Assembly (NCBI GenBank): GCA_963820825.1
Contig: CAWGBN010000006.1
Span: 224,001 to 288,000 of the forward strand
Length of the DNA stretch: 64,000 nt
DNA from: Vulcanimicrobiota bacterium
Lineage (GTDB): Bacteria; Vulcanimicrobiota; Vulcanimicrobiia; Vulcanimicrobiales; Vulcanimicrobiaceae
Reading direction: 5' to 3'
Numbering within the stretch: the stretch's first letter is position 1; each line of letters begins with the position of its first letter. The position numbers and the translations under genes were made by a program. Of the stretch, positions 1-10,152 are shown piece after piece. The notes under the pieces were generated by a model. That model worked only from the letters and a program-made list of their open reading frames with translations. It was not told the origin of the DNA and ran no database searches.

Positions 1-1
1 T

Positions 2-1051
2 TTGGCGATGCTCGATCAGGATAGCGAGCGCGGCGGATTGGCGCGCGAAGAGATGCTGGCCCAGATCGCCGCGCTCGTCGAAGAGACGCGCACGGTGCAC
101 GCGCACGTCGAAGGCCTTCGCCGCGGCGTCGTGGAGCTCGATGGTTCGCTCGAAACGGCGCGCCGCGAGCGCGAAGATCTCGCCGCGCGGCAGATACAGC
201 TCGAGACCGAAGCGCGGGCTGCCGAACAGGCCGAGCGCGATACGGTCGCGGGCGGCGAGCGCGACCGTACGCGATTGGCGCAAGTCGAGGCCGAGCTCGG
301 AATGCTCGTCTCACAGTTCGCGCAGAATCCGGCGACGAACGACGAGTGCGCCGACGTCGAGGGCCGTTATCGCGAAGAACCCGACGCCGTCGTCGACGAA
401 CTGCCACGCCTGCGCGACGAGCTCGCGCGGCTGCAAGCCAACGTCAACCTCAACGCCGAGTCCGAACGCGCCGAGGTTGCCGAGCGGGAGCAGTTCCTAC
501 GCGGGCAGATGGAAGACATCGCGAAGGCGCGAGAGACGCTGCTCGAGTCGATTCGCGAGATCGAGCGCGAGACGCAGGTGCGGTTCAACGAGACGTTCGA
601 GCGCGTCTCCGAATCCTTTGCGGCGATGTACGGACGCCTCTTCGCCGGCGGTGAAGCGAAGATGTGGCAGACGCAGCCCGAGAATCTCTCGGAGACGGGC
701 ATCGAGATCGCCGTGCGTCCGCCCGGCAAGAAGGCGATGCCGCTCGCCGCGCTCTCGGGCGGGGAGCGCGCGATGACCGCAGCCGCTTTGATCTTCGCGC
801 TGATCGCGACGAAGCCGGCGCCCTTCTATCTGCTCGACGAAGTCGACGCCGCACTCGACGATGCCAACATCGATCGCTTCTGCGCGATGGTGCGCGAGTT
901 TGCGACGGAATCGCAGATGCTCATCGTCACCCACAACAAAAAGACGATGGAGATGGCCGATCGCATCTACGGCGTGACGACGCGCGACGCCGGAGTAAGC
1001 ACGATCGTCTCCGCGGAGCTCGCGCGCGAAGCCGAGGCGATGCTTGCCTGA
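2..1051 (+). CDS. smc: Chromosome segregation protein SMC, C-terminal part (5' truncated by window)
   Basis: Coiled coil followed by ABC-head signature LSGGE, Walker B/D-loop LLDEVDAALD and VTHNK. Confidence 0.93.
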   Translation: MAMLDQDSERGGLAREEMLAQIAALVEETRTVHAHVEGLRRGVVELDGSLETARREREDLAARQIQLETEARAAEQAERDTVAGGERDRTRLAQVEAELGMLVSQFAQNPATNDECADVEGRYREEPDAVVDELPRLRDELARLQANVNLNAESERAEVAEREQFLRGQMEDIAKARETLLESIREIERETQVRFNETFERVSESFAAMYGRLFAGGEAKMWQTQPENLSETGIEIAVRPPGKKAMPLAALSGGERAMTAAALIFALIATKPAPFYLLDEVDAALDDANIDRFCAMVREFATESQMLIVTHNKKTMEMADRIYGVTTRDAGVSTIVSAELAREAEAMLA

Positions 1052-2627
1052 AAGCGCGCCGGCGCGAAAACGGGCGGCGCTCTTCTCGCTCTCGGATAAG
1101 ACCGGCGCCGACGAGCTCGCGCGTACGCTCACCCAACGCGGTATCGAGATCTACGCGACCGGCGGAACGCAGGCGTTTTTGCGCGATCGCGGCCTGCCGG
1201 CTGCCGACGTCGAAGAACTCACCGGGTTCCCGGCGCTCTTCGGCGGACGCGTCAAGACGCTCCATCCGAAGGTTTTCGGCGCCATTCTCTTCGATCGCAG
1301 CGACGACGAACACGCCACGCAAGCGCAGAAGTACGCGATTCCGGAGATCGTCACGGTCGCGGTGAATCTCTATCCCTTCGAGGCGACGGTCGCGCGCGGC
1401 GGCGCGACGCTCGAAGAAGCGATCGAACAGATCGATATCGGCGGCGTCGCACTGCTGCGCGCCGCGGCGAAGAACTTCGAGCACGTTGCGGTGCTCACGC
1501 ATCCCACCCAGTACCCCGAGTTTCGCGCGGCGATCGAAGCGGACGACATCTCTGCGGCGCTGCGCCGCAAGCTCGCAATCGCCGCGTTCGAGCGAACCGC
1601 GGAGTACGACGTCGCCATTTCGCACTATCTCGCAACCTCGGGCGAACTATTGCCGAGCGAGCTTCCCGGGGCGCTCGCTCTAACGCTGCCGCTTGCCACG
1701 CGTCTGCGCTACGGCACCAATCCGCAGGCGCGAGCCGCGTTCTATCTCGATCGCCTCGAGCGTCTGCCCGAACAGCTCCACGGCAAGGCGCTCTCGTATA
1801 ACAATCTGCTCGACCTCGACGCCACCTTGCGGCTGCTCTCGCGAGCGCCGCTCGGCGCGCAGTTCGGAAGCGAGCACGGACGCTTCGTACGCGCGGCCGT
1901 GGTCAAGCACGCCGTTCCGTGCGGCGTCGCGCAACGCTCGAGCGTGGGCCTCGCGGTGCGCGAGGCGCTCGAGGCCGATCCCGTCTCGGCGTACGGCGGA
2001 ATCGTTGCGGTCGACGCGCCGCTCGATGGTGAGGGCGCGACGGCGCTGCGCGAGTTCTTCCTGGAGATCGTGGCCGCGCCCGGGTTCGACGACGAAGCGC
2101 TCGCCATACTCAAGAGGAAGAAGGATCTGCGGGTTATGCGGTTTGTCCGTACGCTCCCCGACGAGTTGGCGCGCGAGTTGCGTCTGCGCAGCGCGCTGGG
2201 CGGTGTGCTTGCCGAGAACGACGATCCGAACGCGCCGGCCGAGCAGTGGCGCGTCGTGAGCCGGCGGCATCCCGATCCGCAAGAGTGGCACGACCTCGCC
2301 TTTGCATGGGACGTCGTGCGGCACGTCAAGAGCAACGGCATCGTCATCGTGAAGGGCGGCACGACGCGCGGCATCTGCGCCGGTCAGACCAATCGCGTGA
2401 GCGCCGTCCAGATCGCGGCCGCCCGCGCCGGCGAGCGGGCGCGCGGTGCCGCCTGCGCGAGCGACGGTTTCTTTCCGTTCGCCGACGGTTTGGAGGCGGC
2501 CGTCGCCGGCGGCTGTACCGCGATCATCGCGCCTGGCGGATCGATCCGGGACGAAGAGGTGATCGCCGCCGCCGATCGCCACAACGCCGCGCTCGTCTTC
2601 TCGAGCTACCGGTACTTCTTGCATTAG
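1044..2627 (+). CDS. purH: Bifunctional AICAR transformylase/IMP cyclohydrolase
   Basis: SLSDKTG, GRVKTLHP, IDIGG, SYNN, SDGFFPF and APGGS motifs; TTG start overlaps smc stop. Confidence 0.96.
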   Translation: MPESAPARKRAALFSLSDKTGADELARTLTQRGIEIYATGGTQAFLRDRGLPAADVEELTGFPALFGGRVKTLHPKVFGAILFDRSDDEHATQAQKYAIPEIVTVAVNLYPFEATVARGGATLEEAIEQIDIGGVALLRAAAKNFEHVAVLTHPTQYPEFRAAIEADDISAALRRKLAIAAFERTAEYDVAISHYLATSGELLPSELPGALALTLPLATRLRYGTNPQARAAFYLDRLERLPEQLHGKALSYNNLLDLDATLRLLSRAPLGAQFGSEHGRFVRAAVVKHAVPCGVAQRSSVGLAVREALEADPVSAYGGIVAVDAPLDGEGATALREFFLEIVAAPGFDDEALAILKRKKDLRVMRFVRTLPDELARELRLRSALGGVLAENDDPNAPAEQWRVVSRRHPDPQEWHDLAFAWDVVRHVKSNGIVIVKGGTTRGICAGQTNRVSAVQIAAARAGERARGAACASDGFFPFADGLEAAVAGGCTAIIAPGGSIRDEEVIAAADRHNAALVFSSYRYFLH

Positions 2628-2662
2628 ATGGTTCGCGGCTCGCCGCCGCGTAGAGTATCGAT

Positions 2663-3064
2663 GTGCCGCGATTCTTGCACACGTCGATCTTCGTCAACGA
2701 CATGAACGAATCGATCGAGTTCTATACCGAGAAGTTGGGACTCAAGCTGCTCGACGGTCCCCACCATTATCCGGGCAACGCCGATATGGCCTTCGTCGGA
2801 AACGATTGGAACGCGTACATCGAACTCGTCTACGATCTCGAAGAGCACCCGCCGCACGAGCTCGGTAGCCGTTACGAGCACCTCGCGGTCGAGTCCGACG
2901 GCGATCTCGGCGAGTTCGTCGATTCGCTCAAGCGCAAAGGCGTTCGAGTGCTAAAGGACGTCTACAGATCGCCGAGCGGCACGCGCGCGATCGCCTTCGT
3001 CGAGGATCCCAACGGAATTCCCGTCGAGCTACTCGAGCCGCGCAAAAAACCGAATCTTTCGTAA
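2663..3064 (+). CDS. VOC/glyoxalase family protein (lactoylglutathione lyase-like)
   Basis: FLHTSIFV..FY...LGL, IEL, YEHLA and FVEDPNGIPVEL motifs. Confidence 0.85.
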   Translation: MPRFLHTSIFVNDMNESIEFYTEKLGLKLLDGPHHYPGNADMAFVGNDWNAYIELVYDLEEHPPHELGSRYEHLAVESDGDLGEFVDSLKRKGVRVLKDVYRSPSGTRAIAFVEDPNGIPVELLEPRKKPNLS

Positions 3065-3070
3065 AAGGCC

Positions 3071-4213
3071 TCAGCGATAGAGAAACGGATCGGTGGGCGC
3101 GGGAACGCGCTCCACGCGCTCGGGTATGAGGCGGCGTTCTCCCGCGGTAGCGGCGACCCGCCCGTCGACGCGCAGCCACGTGCCGTTGGGATAGGGCGGC
3201 GCGCGCTCCAGGCGTACCGCAACGGGCGCGGCGTCGGCGCGACAGCAGGTGATCGCATAGCGTACGATTGCGGCGCCGGCATCGTCGCGCGCGAGCGCAC
3301 CGGTGAACGTGAGATGCTCTCCGGCGAAGAGATCGGTTAAGGTGGTCTCGGTCGCCGAGTATTGCGGCGGCGGCGCCCCCAGCAGCGATCCCGCGAGCAT
3401 CAGCGCGGGTGCGACGCGGCCGGGAGCGCAGCGCGAGCGGCGATGCACGTAGGCGCAGCCGATTGCGACGATCGCACAGCAGGCCAGCGCCGGCGTGAAG
3501 AAGGGATGAACGAGTGCGTCGCCGTTGCGCCATGCGACGACTCCAAGCGCGATTGCGAGCAGCGCGTACGCGAAAGCATCGTTGCCGTGCTCCGCGCGGC
3601 GGGCGGCGGTAAATGCGCGGAGATCCACGATGCCGGCGATGCAGAGAAAAACCGCCGCGGCAGCCGGAGCGTGCGCGCGCAGCGCGCCCGCAAGCGCGAT
3701 TGCGCCGAGTCCGCAGGGTGCCGCAACGAATCCCAACGCCGCGCCGAGCAAAAGACCGCCTGCGCGCGAGAGATGCGTTCCGATGAAGGCAAATTGCATT
3801 GCCGCGCCGGCGAGGAGCGCGGCCGGCAGCACCGCGTCGAGTTCGCGCAGCGGATGCGCGATCGCGCGCGCGCTCGGCGACGGTGCAACGCGACGGTACA
3901 GAATGCGCGCCGCCAGAAGTGCGGCGAGATAGCGCGCGACCGCGACCTGCGGTCCGAAGACGAGCCACGTCGCCGCGGCTGCCGGAAGCGAACGCGCCGC
4001 GGGCCCGCTCCCGCAGCCGCAACCGAGATATTCCAGGAGCGTGCAACGGCGGCGCAGCAGGTGCGAGAGAATCGTGCCCGCGACGACGAACGGCGTCGCT
4101 TCGAAGAGTGCGCTCGCCGATGCGGCCAGCGCGCTGCGCAGGGCGTCGGGAGCGGCCAGCATCGCCAGTGCGAGTGCCGCAGTTCCGTAGAGGGCGTTAC
4201 GCACGCGACCCAA
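3071..4213 (-). CDS. Membrane protein, apparent fusion of a DUF318/ArsP-like permease and a DUF1980 (TIGR03943)-like domain
   Basis: N-terminal hydrophobic region with EATPF and CGCG; C-terminal RYAITCCRADA..W..VDG..P..PFLY typical of DUF1980. Confidence 0.65.
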   Translation of the reverse strand: MGRVRNALYGTAALALAMLAAPDALRSALAASASALFEATPFVVAGTILSHLLRRRCTLLEYLGCGCGSGPAARSLPAAAATWLVFGPQVAVARYLAALLAARILYRRVAPSPSARAIAHPLRELDAVLPAALLAGAAMQFAFIGTHLSRAGGLLLGAALGFVAAPCGLGAIALAGALRAHAPAAAAVFLCIAGIVDLRAFTAARRAEHGNDAFAYALLAIALGVVAWRNGDALVHPFFTPALACCAIVAIGCAYVHRRSRCAPGRVAPALMLAGSLLGAPPPQYSATETTLTDLFAGEHLTFTGALARDDAGAAIVRYAITCCRADAAPVAVRLERAPPYPNGTWLRVDGRVAATAGERRLIPERVERVPAPTDPFLYR

Positions 4214-4269
4214 TCACGCGCGCGCAGGCAATGGCTAGCACGCGCTCGCAGCGAAGGGAAACGCGGATC

Positions 4270-5545
4270 ATGTCTCAGAGACTGAGCGCGCCGCGCGGCA
4301 CTACCGACATATTTCCGCCCGAATCCCAGCGCTGGAACGCGCTCGAGGCGCGGATACGTTCGCTTACGGCTCGCTACGGCTACGGCGAGATCCGCACGCC
4401 GCTCTTTGAATCGACCGGTCTCTTCGTGCGGGGCGTCGGCGAAACCACCGACATCGTCGAAAAGGAGATGTACACGTTCGACGATCGGGGCGGGCGTTCG
4501 CTTACGCTGCGCCCGGAGTGGACCGCTCCGGTCGTGCGTGCCGCCCTGGAGCACAATCTCTTCGAATCGGGTCCGCTACGCCTCTATTACGTCGGACCGA
4601 TCTTTCGCTACGAGCGACCGCAGAGAGGCCGCTACCGGCAGTCGCATCAGTTCGGAGTCGAATGTTTTGGATTCGCCGGACCCGAGGCCGATCTCGAGGT
4701 GGTCTCGCTCGCGTGGGAGCTCGTCGCGAGTCACGGAATCGACGATGCGACGCTCAATCTCAACTCGCTCGGCGACGAGCACTGCCGTCCGCAGTATCGC
4801 GCCGCCTTGCTGGAGCACTTCGCACCGCATCTTTCGGAGATGAGCCGGGAGGCACGGGATCGCGCACTGCGCAATCCGCTGCGCCTGCTCGACAGCAAGG
4901 ATCCCGCCGACGCGCCGTATATCGAGCGCGCGCCGCCGCTCTCGCAGTTTCTCTGCAACGAGTGTCGCGAGCACTTCGACGCGCTCAAGGCGTACTTGGA
5001 CTTGGCCGGAATTCCATACACGCTCAATCCGAAGATCGTTCGCGGTCTCGACTACTACGGTCGAACCGTCTTTGAAATTACCCTCGAACCTGCTCGGCGC
5101 GCAGAGCAGCGTCTGCGGCGGCGGTCGCTACGACGGTTTGGTGCGTTCGCTCGGCGGACCCGACGTTCCGGCCGTGGGCTTTGCGCTGGGCATGGAGCGA
5201 TTTCTCATGATGCTGGAGGCTCGCGGCGAGGACCGGGAGCCTCCGCGCCGCGGCGTACAGGCGATTGCGCTCGGTTCGCAAGCGAGAACCATCGTAGCGC
5301 CGATCGTCGCCGAGCTCCGCCGGCGCCTCAAAGCGCCGACCTTCGTCGACTATCAGGAACGCAAGCTGCTCGCGCATCTGAAGATCGCCGATCGGAACCG
5401 CGCGCGCTTCGCGCTGATCGTGGGGAGCGAGGAGCTCGCTTCCGGCGAGCTGGTGCTTCGCGATCTCGAAGACCGAAGCGACCGTCGCCTCGCGGTGAAC
5501 GAACCGAGAGTCGTTGCCGAGCTCCTCGTAGAAGCGGGTCTTTGA
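4270..5545 (+). CDS. hisS: Histidine--tRNA ligase (one apparent +1 indel near 5081)
   Basis: [38 protein letters not shown]; continues in another frame with GGGRYDGL and GFALGMER. Confidence 0.95.
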
Positions 5546-6012
5546 TGGACGACGGACGGCCGATGGACGAACGATACGCGCAGGAGACGCAGACCTTGCG
5601 CGAGCTGCTCGCAATCATGCACGAGCACGATCTCGACACGATCAAGGTCAAGCTCGGCGATTCGGTCTACGAGCTCTCGCGGAGCCAGAGCGCACCGGCG
5701 ACGCATAACCCAGCCTCCGCTCCGTCCGAGCCGCCGGCACCGCAGAGCGATCCCGCGTCCGACGCCGGCGAACATCTAACGAAAGTGCTGGCGCCGCTCA
5801 CCGGCGTCTTCTATCGTTCGCCGTCGCCCGACGCGCCGGCATACGTCGAGGTCGGCGATCGCGTCCAGCCCGGCGACGTCCTTTGCGTGCTCGAAGCGAT
5901 GAAGCTCTTCAACGAAATCCAAAGCGACGACGCGGGCAAGATCGTTCGCGTCGTTCCCGACAGCGGCGAGCTCGTCTCGCAGGGTGAGGAGCTCTTTTGG
6001 CTCGAGCCGTGA
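5545..6012 (+). CDS. accB: Biotin carboxyl carrier protein of acetyl-CoA carboxylase
   Basis: APLTGVFYRSPSP and biotinylation motif EAMKLFNEI; TGATG overlap with hisS. Confidence 0.9.
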   Translation: MDDGRPMDERYAQETQTLRELLAIMHEHDLDTIKVKLGDSVYELSRSQSAPATHNPASAPSEPPAPQSDPASDAGEHLTKVLAPLTGVFYRSPSPDAPAYVEVGDRVQPGDVLCVLEAMKLFNEIQSDDAGKIVRVVPDSGELVSQGEELFWLEP

Positions 6013-6599
6013 ACTACCACGGACGACGCGATTTCGAGGAGTTGCTCGACGACCGGCGCGGGCTGCTCGACGCGACGCACTATCCGGCGCAAGTCGAAGC
6101 GATCGCCGGCGCGATCGTGACCGCGCTGCGAAACGGCAAGAAGGTATTGTGGTGCGGCAACGGCGGGAGTGCGGCCGAGGCGCAGCACATGGCCGCCGAG
6201 CTCTCGGGTCGCTTCTTGCGCGAACGTCCCGGCCTCCATAGCGAAGCGCTCTCGGTCAACTCGTCGACGCTCACCTGCGTCGGCAACGACTACGGATACG
6301 ATCACGTCTTCTCGCGACAGGTCGAAGCCTTCGCGCATCCCGGAGACGTCGTGATCGGCATGACGACGAGCGGAAGCTCGCGCAACGTCGTGCTTGCGCT
6401 GGAGGCGGCGAAGCGCCGGGGCGCCGTTGCGGTTGCATTTACCGGAAACGGCGGGGGACGCGTCGCCGAGGTCGCCGATCTGTCGCTCGTCGGGCCCGAC
6501 GGCTACGCCGCCATCGTTCAAGAAGTCCACCAGGTGATGGCGCATATCGTCTGCGATCTCGTCGAGCAAGAACTCATCTTCGAGGGCGGGATCCGGTGA
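6009..6599 (+). CDS. gmhA: D-sedoheptulose 7-phosphate isomerase
   Basis: CGNGGSAAEAQH, GNDYG, TTSG and QEVH motifs. Confidence 0.93.
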   Translation: MNYHGRRDFEELLDDRRGLLDATHYPAQVEAIAGAIVTALRNGKKVLWCGNGGSAAEAQHMAAELSGRFLRERPGLHSEALSVNSSTLTCVGNDYGYDHVFSRQVEAFAHPGDVVIGMTTSGSSRNVVLALEAAKRRGAVAVAFTGNGGGRVAEVADLSLVGPDGYAAIVQEVHQVMAHIVCDLVEQELIFEGGIR

Positions 6600-7576
6600 G
6601 CGCCGCGCTGATGGTTCCCGACGCGCGCACGCTCTTCGAACGGGCCGCCGGCCGGCGGATTCTGGTCGCCGGCGATCTGATGCTCGACGAATGGATCTGG
6701 GGCGCCGTTACGCGGATCTCGCCCGAGGCGCCCGTTCCCGTCGTGGCGGTGACCGATCACTCGTTTACGCTCGGCGGCGCGGGAAACGTTGCGAACAATT
6801 TGCGGGCGTTGCGGGCCGACGTCGTCTTCGTCGGAACGGTCGGCGACGATGCCTTTGCCGATCACGTGCGCGAACTGCTGCGCGGCGAGCAGGTTGACGA
6901 CTCGGGCGTCTTTACCATTCCCGACCGGCCGACGACGCGCAAGACGCGAATCGTCGCGCACAGCCAGCAGGTCGTGCGCGCCGATTGGGAATCGACCGCG
7001 CCGCTGGCGGCGCAGGAACGGCGGCGCTTGACCGATTTCGTTCGCGCGCATGCCGCCGAGTGCGACGCGGTCATCCTCAGCGATTACGCTAAAGGATTGC
7101 TCTGCCGCGAGCTCGTCGAAGCGGCTGCGGCCGCACCGTTGGTTCTCGCCGATCCGAAGCCGCAGAACATCGAACTCTTCGCCGGCGTCACCTGCATCGC
7201 GCCGAACGCCGCCGAGGCCGCCGAGATCACGGGCGTGCCGATCATCGACGACGCGAGTTTGGAACGCGCCGGAATGCGGCTGATCGAACTGCTCGGCTGC
7301 CGGTACGCGATCGTCACCCGCGGCGAGCACGGCATGGCCCTCTTCGGTCGCGATGGGGAGCGCCTGCAGATTCCATCGGTCGCGCGCACCGTCTACGACG
7401 TCAGCGGCGCAGGCGACACGGTCATCGCGGTGCTCGGATTAGCGCTCGCCGCGGGTGCTTCGATCGAGCAGGCGATGCAGTTGGCGAATTTCGCGGCTGG
7501 CGCGGTCGTCGGCAAGCTTGGCACGGCGACCGCCTCGCCCGAGGAGATTCTCGCACTGCTCGATCCCGCGTCATGA
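6596..7576 (+). CDS. rfaE1: D-glycero-beta-D-manno-heptose-7-phosphate kinase (HldE N-domain)
   Basis: GDLMLDE, RISPEAPVPV, LGGAGNVA, SDYAKG, DVSGAGDTV. Confidence 0.92.
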   Translation: MSAALMVPDARTLFERAAGRRILVAGDLMLDEWIWGAVTRISPEAPVPVVAVTDHSFTLGGAGNVANNLRALRADVVFVGTVGDDAFADHVRELLRGEQVDDSGVFTIPDRPTTRKTRIVAHSQQVVRADWESTAPLAAQERRRLTDFVRAHAAECDAVILSDYAKGLLCRELVEAAAAAPLVLADPKPQNIELFAGVTCIAPNAAEAAEITGVPIIDDASLERAGMRLIELLGCRYAIVTRGEHGMALFGRDGERLQIPSVARTVYDVSGAGDTVIAVLGLALAAGASIEQAMQLANFAAGAVVGKLGTATASPEEILALLDPAS

Positions 7577-8073
7577 TCGAGAAGTTCTTCGGCCAGCTTC
7601 TCAGTGTCGACGCCGCCGCCGCTTGGCGCGAAGAGTTACGCGCCGAGAGCCGCAGCGTCGTCTTCACGAACGGCTGCTTCGATCTAATCCACGCGGGGCA
7701 CGTCGAGTACCTCGCCTGGTCGCGCGACCAAGGCGACGCACTCATCGTCGGATTGAATGAAGACGATTCGGTTCGCCGGATCAAAGGCGCTTCGCGCCCG
7801 ATCGTTCCATTTGCGCAGCGCGCCGCCGTTCTGCTCGCCCTACGAAGCGTCGACGTCGTCGTAGGCTTCGCGGAACGCACGCCCGAGGTGCTGCTCGACC
7901 GGATTCGGCCCGACGTGCACGTCAAGAGCGATCAATACCGAGAGGACGAGCTGCCCGAACGCAGCGTCGTGCTCCAGCACGGTGGGCGCATCGCGCTCGC
8001 GCCGCACCTCGCGCGCTCGAGCACGACCGACCTGATTGCGCGCATCCTCGATGCGTATCGCCTTCACCGCTAA
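7573..8073 (+). CDS. rfaE2: Heptose-1-phosphate adenylyltransferase (HldE C-domain)
   Basis: VFTNGCFDLIHAGH, SVRRIKG..RP and STT motifs. Confidence 0.92.
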   Translation: MIEKFFGQLLSVDAAAAWREELRAESRSVVFTNGCFDLIHAGHVEYLAWSRDQGDALIVGLNEDDSVRRIKGASRPIVPFAQRAAVLLALRSVDVVVGFAERTPEVLLDRIRPDVHVKSDQYREDELPERSVVLQHGGRIALAPHLARSSTTDLIARILDAYRLHR

Positions 8074-9265
8074 CGGCCCGGGTGAAGTCGCCGGATGGCT
8101 GCGTCCGTTGTTGCGGGCACTCTACCGGCGCCGGCCCGATCTGCTCGCGATCGTCTTTCTCGTTCCCGACGATTACGCAACCGGCTTTGAAGCGCAGATG
8201 GTGCGAGAGGTCTTTCCGCAGGCCGAGATCGTCGAGCCGAAACGATACGTCAAGTTCGCGCTCGGTGGCCGACTCGAGGGAATTCCGGCCGAAGTCGACG
8301 TCGTACAGTACGTCGGCGGCGACCTTCTTCACGCCGCTCGCCTTCACGCGCGATTGAAGGGGCGGGCCGCGACGTATAAGTTCTCCCGCCGGCAGTATAG
8401 CGAGCTCTTCGACCGGGCCTTCGCGGTCGATCGGCGCAACGCGCAGGAGCTCGCCGGCTGGGGAACGCCGCTCGAGCGAATCGAGCTGGTCGGAAACCTC
8501 GCGATCGATGGCGCGCTCTTCGAGTCGAGCCTGCCGGTCGACGCGCCGCTGCCGCCCGACGGGATTCTGGTCATGCCCGGCTCCCGTTCCTACGAAGTCG
8601 AAAACTTGGTGCCGTTCTACTTCGCCGCAGCGTTACGGATGCTGCACGAGCGCCCGGGTCTGCCGATTGCGTTCGCGCTCTCGCCCTTCACGCCGCGCGA
8701 ACAGGTGCGCCACGCGATCGAGAGCGGCGGCCATCCACGCATGTACGGACGGCGCGGCCGCTTCGTCAGCGAGAACGGGTGCGATTACTTGACGACCGAA
8801 TCGGGCGACGTCCGCATTCCGGTCGTAAGGAATGCGTTGGCGGCCGCGGTGCGCGCGCGCCTCGTCTTAACGATCCCCGGAACGAAGACGATCGAGCTGG
8901 CGGTGCTCGGCAAACCGGTCGTAACGATTACGCCGCTCAACGCACCCGAGGTCGTGACGATCAACGGTCCGCTCACCTATCTCAATCGCGTCCCGCTCGT
9001 CGGGATCCCGCTCAAACGAGCCGTTGCGGTTGGTCTCTCGCGCCGCTTCGTGCATCACACGCAACCGAACATGGATGCCGGCATGTCGCTCATCCGCGAA
9101 TTTCATGGAACGGTAACGCCCGGCCGAATCGCTCGCGTCGCGCTCGAGTCGTACGACGATCGAGCCTGGCTGCAATCGGCAGGCGAGGCGCTCGCCCAGC
9201 TCTATCGAGAGCACGCCGGCGCCTCGGATCGAATGGCGGCCTCGCTGCTCGAACTCGCGGCGTAG
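8051..9265 (+). CDS. Lipid-A-disaccharide synthase-related GT-B protein (LpxB-like)
   Basis: N-terminal NGPGE..W, VGNL, MPGSR and IPGT.T.EL motifs; position in an LPS cluster. Confidence 0.7.
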   Translation: MRIAFTANGPGEVAGWLRPLLRALYRRRPDLLAIVFLVPDDYATGFEAQMVREVFPQAEIVEPKRYVKFALGGRLEGIPAEVDVVQYVGGDLLHAARLHARLKGRAATYKFSRRQYSELFDRAFAVDRRNAQELAGWGTPLERIELVGNLAIDGALFESSLPVDAPLPPDGILVMPGSRSYEVENLVPFYFAAALRMLHERPGLPIAFALSPFTPREQVRHAIESGGHPRMYGRRGRFVSENGCDYLTTESGDVRIPVVRNALAAAVRARLVLTIPGTKTIELAVLGKPVVTITPLNAPEVVTINGPLTYLNRVPLVGIPLKRAVAVGLSRRFVHHTQPNMDAGMSLIREFHGTVTPGRIARVALESYDDRAWLQSAGEALAQLYREHAGASDRMAASLLELAA

Positions 9266-9270
9266 CGCTC

Positions 9271-10152
9271 GTGCAGATCTCGGTGGTGATCGCGACGAAA
9301 GATCGCGCGCAGTATCTCGAACGCGCACTGCAATCGCTCGAGCGCCAAGCCGGCGCACCGGCCTTTGAAGTGGTCGTCGTCGATAACGGCTCGACCGACG
9401 CGACCGCGGCGGTCGCGCACGCGGGCTCGGCGAGCGTCGCGGTGCGTTACTTGTACGCTCCCGAACCGAATCGCGGCAAGGCTCGCAATCGCGGGGTCGA
9501 GCTCGCGCGCGGCCGGTACCTACTCTTCTGCGACGACGACGTGCAGCTTCCGTCGGGGTGGATCGCCGCGCACGCTGCGGCCCATATGCCGGGCGAGGAG
9601 CGCATCGTCAACGGTCCGATCCTCAACGTCGCATCGTACGGATCGCGACCGAAACCGAAGGCCGCGAACTATTCCCGCGCCTTTCTCTGCACGTGCAATG
9701 CCTCGCTCTCGAAGGCGGCCTTCGCCGCCGCGGGCGGCTTTGACGAAAGCTTCGACCTCTACGGCTGGGAGGATACCGAGCTCGGCGTGCGGCTGCGTGC
9801 CGCAGGCCTGCGGTGGAGCTTTGCTTGGGATGCCTATCTCTGGCACATCAAACCCCCCGAGGAGAATACGCTTGCCGTGGAGAGCCGCAAAGCGATCGAA
9901 AAGGCGCGGATGGCGCGGCGGTTTCTCTCCAAGCATCCGTCGCGGCGCGCGCGGCTCGCGACCGGCGCGCATGCATTGAATCTGCTGCGCGCGCGATATT
10001 TGCTGCCCGACCGGCTGCTGCCGTTTTACGCGGGCCTTGCGACCAGCGATCGCGCTCCGGGCTGGATGCGGGCGCTCGCTCGCGCGCAATTCCTCGACGC
10101 CCTCTACGCGCGCGAACTGGTGCGAGCGCTCGATGGCAACGATGGCCGATAG
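9271..10152 (+). CDS. Glycosyltransferase family 2
   Basis: ISVVIAT, VVDNGSTD, ARNRG, DDD, GGFDESF..YGWED. Confidence 0.9.
   Translation: MQISVVIATKDRAQYLERALQSLERQAGAPAFEVVVVDNGSTDATAAVAHAGSASVAVRYLYAPEPNRGKARNRGVELARGRYLLFCDDDVQLPSGWIAAHAAAHMPGEERIVNGPILNVASYGSRPKPKAANYSRAFLCTCNASLSKAAFAAAGGFDESFDLYGWEDTELGVRLRAAGLRWSFAWDAYLWHIKPPEENTLAVESRKAIEKARMARRFLSKHPSRRARLATGAHALNLLRARYLLPDRLLPFYAGLATSDRAPGWMRALARAQFLDALYARELVRALDGNDGR

Noticed and set aside
3799..6012. 737-aa ORF suggesting a HisS-AccB fusion
   Set aside because: An artefact of the hisS indel. The true hisS C-terminus is in another frame and stops at 5545, where the accB ATG overlaps it.
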